Origin: a virus
Virus record (IMG/VR): IMGVR_UViG_3300017779_000074
DNA: 31,921 bases
Strand: one strand, 5' to 3'
Shown in pieces: positions 1-5,618 of the stretch (position 1 is the stretch's first letter; every line of letters starts with the position of its first letter). Made by a program: the position numbers and the translations under genes. Under the pieces are notes generated by a model, which searched no databases, had not been told where the DNA came from, and worked only from the letters and a program-made list of their open reading frames with translations.

Positions 1-123
1 ACCGTCCATAGCCATCTCTAGTTGTTTGCGTCTAAGCCCTTTAATGGCCTCAAAGCGACCTCTATCAATGGCAGCCTTGAAATCGGGGTTATTTCTATAC
101 CTATCCTCTATAACATCTTCGGA
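1..123. repeat. Window-terminal direct duplication, copy 1 (identical to 31799..31921)
   Basis: Compared base by base: 1..123 equals 31799..31921, so the unit length is 31798 bp. This fits a circularly closed or terminally redundant phage contig. Confidence 0.95.
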
Positions 124-234
124 GCAGTTAAAGAACTTACCCAACTCTATGAAGCTACAGTATGAACGAGATAACTCCTCTACCTCTACTAAGTCAAATT
201 CAATCATAGGTCTGCCGCGTTTACGATTTGTCAT
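1..234 (-). CDS. terS: Small terminase subunit, 5' part (gene wraps to 31682..31798)
   Basis: ATG at 232..234 on the minus strand. MTNRKRGRPMIEFDLVEVEELSRSYCSFIELGKFFNCSEDVIEDRYRNNPDFKAAIDRGRFEAIKGLRRKQLEMAMDG runs off base 1 and continues in frame at 31798 (NTQLAIFLGKNLLGQTDKMDIDQQSRIEPINIEIVAPE, stop at 31682..31684), giving 116 aa in total. The N-terminus is HTH-like, and the MAMDGN..LAIFLGKN segment resembles small terminases. It lies directly upstream of terL. Confidence 0.75.
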   Translation of the reverse strand, partial: MTNRKRGRPMIEFDLVEVEELSRSYCSFIELGKFFNCSEDVIEDRYRNNPDFKAAIDRGRFEAIKGLRRKQLEMAMDG

Positions 235-322
235 CTCAATTATCCATTAAAAATTTATGTGGTGTATTATCGCTCCCCTTCCAGGATTGCCATTCGGTGC
301 ACCCCCCCCTCTATCGCTCTCA

Positions 323-370
323 CCGATACCCGCTAGGCTTTGTGCGCGCGCGTATGCGGGAGAATATCGG
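323..370 (-). other. GC-rich hairpin with an 18-nt alternating purine-pyrimidine tract in the terS leader (candidate pac/cos or leader RNA element)
   Basis: CCGAT (323..327) and CCCGC (329..333) can pair with GCGGG (356..360) and ATCGG (366..370). The loop holds TGTGCGCGCGCGTATGCG (341..358), which alternates strictly Pu/Py. The region is visibly more GC-rich than its surroundings. Confidence 0.3.
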
Positions 371-392
371 GCAAGTAATACGATTAGGTGAG

Positions 393-420
393 TATATAGG
401 GAAAGCGCTTAGAAAGGCAA
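393..420 (-). promoter_or_regulatory. Candidate sigma70-type promoter for the late (terS-first) operon
   Basis: Minus strand reads TTGCCT (415..420), a 16-nt spacer, then TATATA (393..398), about 160 nt upstream of the terS ATG. It is the only reasonable -35/-10 pair I found between the terminator at 507..532 and terS. Confidence 0.3.
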
Positions 421-506
421 TGGCGCGTTATAGTTGAAATGATATTATGGCGAATGCTCAAATATATAATTTAATGTTTTTGGTTTGTTTTGAGTAAATA
501 GCGGGC

Positions 507-532
507 AAAAAAAAGCCGTCAATTAAGACGGC
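507..532 (-). terminator. Intrinsic terminator ending the leftward early operon (bidirectional in form)
   Basis: Perfect stem GCCGTC (515..520) / GACGGC (527..532) with loop AATTAA. On the minus strand T8 (507..514) follows; on the plus strand a T-rich run CGTTTAGTGTTTTGTT follows. Confidence 0.75.
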
Positions 533-598
533 CGTTTAGTGTTTTGTTATATGTTTTTGTATATGGGTAAAGGTAGCAGACTCCAAAAGTGAGGGCAG

Positions 599-697
599 CT
601 AATCCCAAAAGCCGCGCCATTCGTTTTTAATTTGGTAAACAATAGCGGCAGATATATATAACGCGATGAACAGATAAAACAAGTTATTAGCTAACAT
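599..697 (-). CDS. Small single-pass membrane peptide (32 aa), not in the ORF track
   Basis: MLANNLFYLFIALYISAAIVYQIKNEWRGFWD. Its ATG (695..697) overlaps the stop of the upstream gene (AGATGTTAG), and it is the last ORF before the terminator. Confidence 0.35.
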   Translation of the reverse strand: MLANNLFYLFIALYISAAIVYQIKNEWRGFWD

Positions 698-918
698 CTC
701 TTAATACCTCGCGCATCTCTTAACAGTCTATACGATAGAACGACAGCCGTTTTGAAGTCACGCTTGGTTTCAAACATTCCCAAGTGTTGAGGTTTATTAT
801 CGACTGTGCGCGATAACACATAATAATGCTGTGACTGCGTGAAGCTGTAAACATCTGCGCCTACTTCACAGTTAAGTATCTGGACAGCTTTTTCACATTC
901 TTTAATTGTCACTCTCAT
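691..918 (-). CDS. Hypothetical early protein (75 aa)
   Basis: ORF-track frame 691..942. I prefer the internal ATG at 918 (MRVTIKECEK...) because AAGGTGAG lies just upstream. Confidence 0.65.
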   Translation of the reverse strand: MRVTIKECEKAVQILNCEVGADVYSFTQSQHYYVLSRTVDNKPQHLGMFETKRDFKTAVVLSYRLLRDARGIKRC

Positions 919-968
919 AATCTCACCTTTGTATTGTATCATTTAAGTTATTGATAAACATCTTACTT

Positions 969-1358
969 TTAAAAATTGCCAGCACCTAATAGTTGGTGCT
1001 TAATCATATTTAAGTCGATTTGGCGTATCACTTCGATATTGTCTCGGCAATCGTCTAACCACTTGCAATCGTGTAGTAGTTCTTCGCCTAGAATGTAGGC
1101 GACCATATTTGCTAGTGCTTCGGGGTTACTTATATCGCAGTGGCGCTCACCGAACATTTCATCTTCGTATTCTTGGACAAGTTTAATTGCTTGCCAAGTA
1201 TCAGCGCCTAGCCATTGCTCGGCCTTATAAGTGCCGATAATAAAATAGTCTTCGTTTAGCAAGTAATGGTGCAAATCGTTGCTGTCATTATCTAAACCGA
1301 TACCGCTATCTAATTGCTCGATAATGTATTCTTTAACGTCATTTTTTAATCTGTTCAT
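969..1358 (-). CDS. Hypothetical acidic early protein (129 aa)
   Basis: ORF-track frame 969..1403. ATG at 1358 (MNRLKNDVKEY...) is preceded by AAAAGGGG. No motif recognised. Confidence 0.7.
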   Translation of the reverse strand: MNRLKNDVKEYIIEQLDSGIGLDNDSNDLHHYLLNEDYFIIGTYKAEQWLGADTWQAIKLVQEYEDEMFGERHCDISNPEALANMVAYILGEELLHDCKWLDDCRDNIEVIRQIDLNMIKHQLLGAGNF

Positions 1359-1371
1359 TTTTAAACCCCTT

Positions 1372-1551
1372 TTATAAGTAAATAAAGATAAGCGGGGCGA
1401 CAAGCACTAAAACCGCGCCCGCAAAGCCCGCTAATACATCAGTAAAACTCAATTCGTCTATCATTTTTTCAGTATGGTTATACGTTGCGCAGCTTTTGCT
1501 TTTGCTCGCATCGTATTTATACGCGCCGTTTTTGAAATCGCTCGTTATCAT
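1372..1551 (-). CDS. Small protein with a C-terminal transmembrane segment (59 aa)
   Basis: MITSDFKNG...VLAGFAGAVLVLVAPLIFIYL. Its ATG at 1551 overlaps the upstream stop (TAATG). Confidence 0.6.
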   Translation of the reverse strand: MITSDFKNGAYKYDASKSKSCATYNHTEKMIDELSFTDVLAGFAGAVLVLVAPLIFIYL

Positions 1552-1760
1552 TAGAAGGCCTCGCATAAGTCTAAAAATCTTTGTTTAGTATCGGCTTTAT
1601 TCCCTTGGCTGTGAGCAACCCAAAGAGAGCGACCCTTAACACCAACAAAGCGCGACAATTGCGAGCCGCATAAAACCCATTGGCCGCGCTGTAATTTAAT
1701 TTGCCCGCTGATAACTGAATCGCCGTGCACCCATAAATCTATCGGTTTAATAAATTTCAT
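1551..1760 (-). CDS. Hypothetical early protein (69 aa)
   Basis: ATG at 1760 (MKFIKPIDLW...) is preceded by AAGGGGAG. The longer ORF-track start at 1811 lacks an RBS. Confidence 0.65.
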   Translation of the reverse strand: MKFIKPIDLWVHGDSVISGQIKLQRGQWVLCGSQLSRFVGVKGRSLWVAHSQGNKADTKQRFLDLCEAF

Positions 1761-1774
1761 TTTTTTAACTCCCC

Positions 1775-1963
1775 TTATATGACTGTATAAATGTGGTGAG
1801 CGCCTTCCCATATTTGGACGGTTTCGCCGTTAGCTTTAAAAGTTAAAACGCGCCCACCGTTATGCGATAAGATCACATTCTCATAACGGGTCTTAATCAT
1901 TCGCTCAACGTAAAGCCAGTTTCGGCCTTGGATTTTTGTGCTGATATAGTGCTGTATTTTCAT
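1775..1963 (-). CDS. Hypothetical first gene of the leftward early operon (62 aa)
   Basis: ATG at 1963 (MKIQHYIST...) is preceded by GTGGGAG and by a small GGGCGTAGCCC hairpin. Confidence 0.65.
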   Translation of the reverse strand: MKIQHYISTKIQGRNWLYVERMIKTRYENVILSHNGGRVLTFKANGETVQIWEGAHHIYTVI

Positions 1964-2164
1964 CTTATAAACTCCCACGGGCTACGCCCTAAATTGATTG
2001 AGTTTTAATAATAGTCTAATAATTTCAATTAATCACCCTTTTTTTTTAAATTATTCAGTGTTTATTAATTCCGCACGGCGCGACAATATGCCCACATTAA
2101 ACGGTATTTTTTCTTGTTTCATTTATACGCCTAATTTTTTTCGGCTTTTTTCTGGCTAAAAAAA

Positions 2165-2184
2165 TACTGTATATTTATCCAGTA
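2165..2184. promoter_or_regulatory. LexA (SOS) box 1
   Basis: TACTGTATATTTATCCAGTA, that is CTGT-N8-CCAG. One mismatch to the gammaproteobacterial CTGT-N8-ACAG core. Confidence 0.7.
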
Positions 2185-2202
2185 CTGTATAAATTCTCAG
2201 TA
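2183..2202. promoter_or_regulatory. LexA (SOS) box 2
   Basis: TACTGTATAAATTCTCAGTA, that is CTGT-N8-TCAG. One core mismatch. It shares its terminal TA with boxes 1 and 3. Confidence 0.65.
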
Positions 2203-2220
2203 CTGTACAGATATACAGTA
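2201..2220. promoter_or_regulatory. LexA (SOS) box 3 (perfect core)
   Basis: TACTGTACAGATATACAGTA, a perfect TACTGT-N8-ACAGTA palindrome. A TTGACC -35-like hexamer on the minus strand (2223..2228) is adjacent. Confidence 0.8.
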
Positions 2221-2253
2221 TGGGTCAAAAAATCCACACACCCCCCCAGCGGA

Positions 2254-2327
2254 TTCAAGAAAAAAGCTCCCAAAATTTCAAGAGAATACCTCCCAAAATT
2301 TCAATGAAAGACCTCCCAAAATTTCAG
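2254..2327 (-). repeat. Three tandem 23-bp direct repeats (iteron-like) plus a partial fourth
   Basis: The units are 2259..2281, 2282..2304 and 2305..2327. They share an identical 14-bp core, ctcccaaaatttca (minus strand TGAAATTTTGGGAG). Period is exactly 23 bp. Confidence 0.9.
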
Positions 2328-2330
2328 GCA

Positions 2331-2359
2331 GTGACAAAAATTTAGTTGGCAAAAATAAT
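2331..2359 (+). promoter_or_regulatory. Candidate rightward promoter (upstream of two)
   Basis: GTGACA (2331..2336), a 17-nt spacer, then AATAAT (2354..2359). Confidence 0.3.
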
Positions 2360-2364
2360 TATTT

Positions 2365-2383
2365 ATTGCAACTAACTTGCAAT
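2365..2383. promoter_or_regulatory. Operator-like perfect inverted repeat overlapping the -35 of the rightward promoter
   Basis: ATTGCAA-CTAAC-TTGCAAT, two 7-bp arms with a 5-bp spacer. The right arm contains the TTGCAA -35 hexamer. Confidence 0.45.
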
Positions 2384-2404
2384 TGCGCGTATAAACTATA
2401 TAAT
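2377..2404 (+). promoter_or_regulatory. Rightward early promoter
   Basis: TTGCAA (2377..2382), a 16-nt spacer, then a perfect TATAAT (2399..2404), 33 nt upstream of the first rightward ATG. Confidence 0.55.
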
Positions 2405-2436
2405 GTTTAAATAATTTAAAGAGCAGGGATTAAAAA

Positions 2437-2682
2437 ATGAGAATTACTAATAAGCAAATATCAGCAAGAATAGAAAGAGAGTTTGGCATTCCACATATCA
2501 ATGTCTTTGTAGATTACGCGACAGGTCATAGCTTTTTTTACAGTGATGATGATGCAACTGCTGAGTGGTTAGGTCTTTGGGAAGAAACAACTACAGGTGC
2601 TTACAGATTAAACAGTTACACTCTTGATGAATGGCTACACGTTTTTAATGTTATGCGACCTAAAATAGTCAAAACTTTATAA
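2437..2682 (+). CDS. Hypothetical first rightward early protein (81 aa)
   Basis: ATG preceded by GCAGGGA. No motif recognised. Confidence 0.7.
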   Translation: MRITNKQISARIEREFGIPHINVFVDYATGHSFFYSDDDATAEWLGLWEETTTGAYRLNSYTLDEWLHVFNVMRPKIVKTL

Positions 2683-2688
2683 TACAAC

Positions 2689-2702
2689 GGGGCGCAAGCC
2701 CC
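2689..2702 (+). other. GC hairpin with a GCAA tetraloop between early genes
   Basis: GGGGC-GCAA-GCCCC. No U-tract follows, so it is more likely an RNA stability or processing element than a terminator. Confidence 0.3.
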
Positions 2703-2724
2703 ACAACCAAAAGAGGGTTAAAAA

Positions 2725-2952
2725 ATGTTCATAAAGGCAACTCAAAAAGATATGGCAAAGTATACTCTTAAAGAATTAATAGACTTCACTGAAAAAATGC
2801 AAGATAAAGCTGAAGCTCTCACGCCACGATTGCAGCGCACCACGGGAATGGACAAGTGGTATAGAAATTCCTTACCAGTTTTGTGCGGCGAGATACAAAA
2901 AAGGCAATTAACAGCTAAAGATAGAGGCGAAATATATCCCGTCTTTTCATAA
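2725..2952 (+). CDS. Hypothetical early protein (75 aa)
   Basis: ATG preceded by AGAGGG. Confidence 0.65.
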   Translation: MFIKATQKDMAKYTLKELIDFTEKMQDKAEALTPRLQRTTGMDKWYRNSLPVLCGEIQKRQLTAKDRGEIYPVFS

Positions 2953-2991
2953 TCAATTAATAGGGGCAAAAGCCTTAAAGGGTAAACAAAT

Positions 2992-3189
2992 ATGTATGCA
3001 ACAATAATTGACGAAGTTTCTTGTTACGGAGCTATAGATAGCGATTCAGTTATCGTTATGGCTTTTGATGATGAAAACTATGACGGTATTTCTGAGTCTA
3101 GCTTCAACACTTGGAGCGAAGCAGTCAAAGAGTGCTCTGATTACGCAAAATCAGTAGGAACAACATTAATTCAATTAGAGGCAGAATAA
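2992..3189 (+). CDS. Hypothetical acidic early protein (65 aa)
   Basis: ATG preceded by AAGGG. Acidic composition. Confidence 0.65.
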   Translation: MYATIIDEVSCYGAIDSDSVIVMAFDDENYDGISESSFNTWSEAVKECSDYAKSVGTTLIQLEAE

Positions 3190-3389
3190 TGCAATACACC
3201 ACAGCCAGCCAGTACGCTAAATTTCACGGTATGAAGTCATTGAAGGAAGTAGCCGATATGACTAATCAATCGTCTGAGACTCTAATTAATTGGTACAAAA
3301 AGAAGCGCGAATTGTTCGAGGTCGTTATAGTTGGCTGCGTAGTCACTAAACGAATGAATGAGATGGAGCAGGAAGTAGATGGCGATTAA
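3189..3389 (+). CDS. Hypothetical early protein, possible small HTH (66 aa)
   Basis: TAATG start/stop coupling. The LKEVADMTNQSSETLINWYKKK segment looks HTH-like, but the evidence is weak. Confidence 0.55.
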   Translation: MQYTTASQYAKFHGMKSLKEVADMTNQSSETLINWYKKKRELFEVVIVGCVVTKRMNEMEQEVDGD

Positions 3390-3810
3390 GAGAGATGCAG
3401 CAGATAATTGGTTTTCAAAATGTGTCCGTGAGCGCACTAATTACACCTGTGAAGTGTGTTATAAGCAATATGACCGCAGCTCGACTGGTCTGCATTGCTC
3501 TCATTACCACGGTAGGGCAAATAAATCCGTTAGATGGCACGGTGACAATGCCTTCGCCCACTGTTTCGGCTGTCACCAAAAAATGGGAGCAAATCCACAC
3601 GAATTCCAGCTCTGGACAGAGAATATATTAGGTTCTGGCAGGTATGACCTACTAACTGAACGCAAGAATGATACCAATATGGGCAAGCAGATGCACAAAG
3701 ATAATAAAGCGGGTCATATTGCGAAGCATTATAAAGAACAACACGCCATATTGTCAGAAAAAAGGGCAGATGGTGAAACTATGTACTTAGACTTTGAGGA
3801 TTACTTGTGA
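3379..3810 (+). CDS. ninG: NinG-like zinc-binding recombination/nuclease-family protein (143 aa)
   Basis: The pattern FSKCVRERTNYTCEVC...CSHYHGR...VRWHGDNAFAHCFGCHQ matches, from memory, the Cys/His layout of lambda NinG (FIRERD..C.SCG...AGHY..R...RF.ERN....C..CN). Confidence 0.55.
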   Translation: MAIKRDAADNWFSKCVRERTNYTCEVCYKQYDRSSTGLHCSHYHGRANKSVRWHGDNAFAHCFGCHQKMGANPHEFQLWTENILGSGRYDLLTERKNDTNMGKQMHKDNKAGHIAKHYKEQHAILSEKRADGETMYLDFEDYL

Positions 3811-3998
3811 GCGCAGTTAATAAGTTTAGAGAAAAGCAAAAAGAAAAAGGCAATGCCGAAGTGCGTGGTCTATATTGTAAAAAAGAATGTCACAAAGACA
3901 TCAAGTCACATATCAAACACATTTTAAGATTACACGATAAAGGGATAACCGATGAGCAAATCCGTAGTAGACTGGCTAGAATTGATCTGGAAAATTGA
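3807..3998 (+). CDS. Small basic protein, possible RHH-type regulator upstream of the initiator (63 aa)
   Basis: GTG start 6 nt after GAGGA. The N-terminus FREKQKEKGNAEVRG resembles small replication-regulator RHH proteins (memory only). Confidence 0.5.
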   Translation: MSAVNKFREKQKEKGNAEVRGLYCKKECHKDIKSHIKHILRLHDKGITDEQIRSRLARIDLEN

Positions 3999-4614
3999 TC
4001 TACCTAGCAACTCCAAGTATGTAGCAAGTTATCTTAGAACTTATATGAATATGAAGCGCGACCTTTGTTGGCCGTCAGTTGGTCGTATAAGCAAGGAAAC
4101 TGGGCTATCTGAGCAAACAGTAAGGGCGCATATTAAGAAGCTAGAGGCGGCTGGGTGGCTTACAGTTGATAGAAGTGAAGGCGGGCATAGTGGCACAACA
4201 AATCGCTATAAAGCGACCATACCTGATACCCCTGCAACCATTGCACCCCTGCAACCATTAGACCCCACCCCTGCAACAGTTGCACCCCTACCCCTGCAAC
4301 CATTAGAGGGGAATAAACAATACAATAAACAAGTGAATAAACAATTATTAAATAAAGAGATTCCTGATGAGTTAGCTGCGGCTGCAACAGCGTACTGGCT
4401 CAAGAAGGGCGCGAGCTTCGATATGGAAGAACAATGGCTGCTATTTACTTCTCATCATCAGGCTAAAAAGACTAATGTCCACAACTACGCAGCAGCGTGG
4501 CGAACGTGGTACGTCAATGCCGTTAGGTTTAACGCTAATCGACCTGAGAAAAAAGAAAAGATTTTCAATAGATTAACTGATGATTCGTGGGCAAATGGCT
4601 TTATTGATAAATAA
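3952..4614 (+). CDS. Replication initiator (lambda O-like layout) with a winged-helix N-terminal domain (220 aa)
   Basis: The N-terminal wHTH-like segment is CWPSVGRISKETGLSEQTVRAHIKKLEAAGWLTV. The gene contains four iterons followed by an AT-rich repeat block, as the lambda ori does within gene O. Confidence 0.6.
   Translation: MSKSVVDWLELIWKIDLPSNSKYVASYLRTYMNMKRDLCWPSVGRISKETGLSEQTVRAHIKKLEAAGWLTVDRSEGGHSGTTNRYKATIPDTPATIAPLQPLDPTPATVAPLPLQPLEGNKQYNKQVNKQLLNKEIPDELAAAATAYWLKKGASFDMEEQWLLFTSHHQAKKTNVHNYAAAWRTWYVNAVRFNANRPEKKEKIFNRLTDDSWANGFIDK
4229..4304 (+). repeat. Origin iterons inside the initiator gene
   Basis: CCCCTGCAACCATT at 4229..4242, 4246..4259 and 4291..4304, and CCCCTGCAACAGTT at 4268..4281. 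Together they encode the PATIAPLQPL repeat in the protein. Confidence 0.7.
4312..4344 (+). repeat. AT-rich 12-bp-period repeats next to the iterons (candidate DNA unwinding element)
   Basis: AATAAACAA at 4312..4320, 4324..4332 and 4336..4344. Confidence 0.5.
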
Positions 4615-4627
4615 TTTAAAATAAAGT

Positions 4628-4656
4628 TTGACAAATGCTAGATATGCGCGTAATCT
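4628..4656 (+). promoter_or_regulatory. Candidate internal promoter for the middle part of the rightward arm
   Basis: A perfect TTGACA (4628..4633), a 17-nt spacer, then TAATCT (4651..4656). The spacer contains GCGCGTA, as does the spacer of the promoter at 2377..2404. Confidence 0.5.
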
Positions 4657-4695
4657 TATAAACATCAAGTCATCAAATGCAAAGGGAGCATAAAA

Positions 4696-4968
4696 ATGAT
4701 AAACGATAATCCAGCACGAGTAGCATCTCCAGAGTCACCAGTTGAGCCAGACCTTAGAAAATTGAAGTACGATTTTTTACACAATTATCTAGATACTGAT
4801 AATACTGACTCTGCCTTTCACGAAGCCCTAGAAGATCGCATTTTTGAGAGCGGCTTAATCCACCACTGGCTGCGTAAGCTATACACTCATAAAGCTGACC
4901 AAGTGCAGCTAGATATGCAAGACCTTTTAACTGATTTTGTATCTGACTACATTGAGGCGAAGCTATGA
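4696..4968 (+). CDS. Hypothetical protein (90 aa)
   Basis: ATG preceded by AAGGGAG. Confidence 0.7.
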   Translation: MINDNPARVASPESPVEPDLRKLKYDFLHNYLDTDNTDSAFHEALEDRIFESGLIHHWLRKLYTHKADQVQLDMQDLLTDFVSDYIEAKL

Positions 4969-5198
4969 AAACTAAAGAATTGGAGGGTGCATTAGTTGAT
5001 GAGTCTATCGGTGACGCTCACTCACATAAAGAGTGGGAAGGCTGGCTAGAAGCAAACCTAATGTCGATGATGGCTGACTATGCTCGCGAAGCTGGTTATC
5101 CAACTGGTTATGAGTTCGGCAAGGCTATGGAAGCAATGGCGCTAGAGATTTGGCAGCTAATGAATGACAAGCAGCAAGACGAAGGAGTACCGTTCTAA
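4965..5198 (+). CDS. Hypothetical acidic protein (77 aa)
   Basis: ATGA start/stop overlap with the upstream gene. Confidence 0.65.
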   Translation: MKTKELEGALVDESIGDAHSHKEWEGWLEANLMSMMADYAREAGYPTGYEFGKAMEAMALEIWQLMNDKQQDEGVPF

Positions 5199-5329
5199 TG
5201 GCTATGTATACTTGTGATAACTGTAATGAGTTAAAAGACGATGACTGGTCGCCTTGCTCCGCAACTAAAACGATGGACTGGGTTTGCGAAGATTGCTTGC
5301 CAGAAGTTGAAGAAGAAGAAAATGGGTAG
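5198..5329 (+). CDS. Small Cys-rich zinc-ribbon-like protein (43 aa), not in the ORF track
   Basis: MAMYTCDNCNELKDDDWSPCSATKTMDWVCEDCLPEVEEEENG. It has CxxC ... CxxC pairs. TAATG couples it to the upstream gene, and its stop overlaps the next ATG (ATGGGTAG). Confidence 0.5.
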   Translation: MAMYTCDNCNELKDDDWSPCSATKTMDWVCEDCLPEVEEEENG

Positions 5330-5618
5330 GGAGAAAGAGTTTAGTCCTGTTGATTTTGAGCATCGCGGGACTGCTTACCAAAAGCATCACGATAGAATGG
5401 TAGGCGGCTCAAAAAGGTTTGTATCTGATACGCCTTGCCCTAAATGCGGGGAGTATCTGAGAAGGTGGCGCAAACAAAGAGAAGACCAAAAGACTTCATC
5501 TTGTGTTAGCTGCTCGCAGATAGCAAAGAATAAAACAGCCGATACGGTTAAATGCGATAAACGCAGAGCAATAGAAGAACACCAAAACAAAATGGGAGAT
5601 TACGATGACTATCTATAA
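5322..5618 (+). CDS. Zinc-ribbon protein (98 aa)
   Basis: ORF-track frame 5241..5618. I prefer the ATG at 5322 (MGREKEFSP...) because the longer start overlaps the better-supported 43-aa ORF. Cys pairs are CPKC and CVSC. Confidence 0.6.
   Translation: MGREKEFSPVDFEHRGTAYQKHHDRMVGGSKRFVSDTPCPKCGEYLRRWRKQREDQKTSSCVSCSQIAKNKTADTVKCDKRRAIEEHQNKMGDYDDYL

Noticed and set aside
26-250. 74-aa plus-strand ORF
   Set aside because: It is fully antisense to the well-supported small-terminase gene and has no RBS.
228-437. 69-aa plus-strand ORF in the region upstream of terS
   Set aside because: It has no RBS, its composition is odd (Pro/Arg/His-rich), it lies in a GC-rich structured non-coding leader, and it runs against both flanking transcription units.
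2051-2122. 23-aa minus-strand ORF (MKQEKIPFNVGILSRRAELINTE) between the LexA boxes and the first leftward gene, possibly a leader peptide
   Set aside because: It has only a weak AGG upstream, no coupling and no recognisable feature. The evidence is too thin to call, though it may deserve a look if the leftward leader proves to be regulated.
2254-2327. The 23-bp repeats as a CRISPR array or as real mini-genes
   Set aside because: The units are contiguous with no spacers, so they are not CRISPR. The 8-codon TTG frames shift phase from unit to unit (23 is not a multiple of 3), so a protein-coding role is unlikely. A binding-site or iteron reading is preferred.
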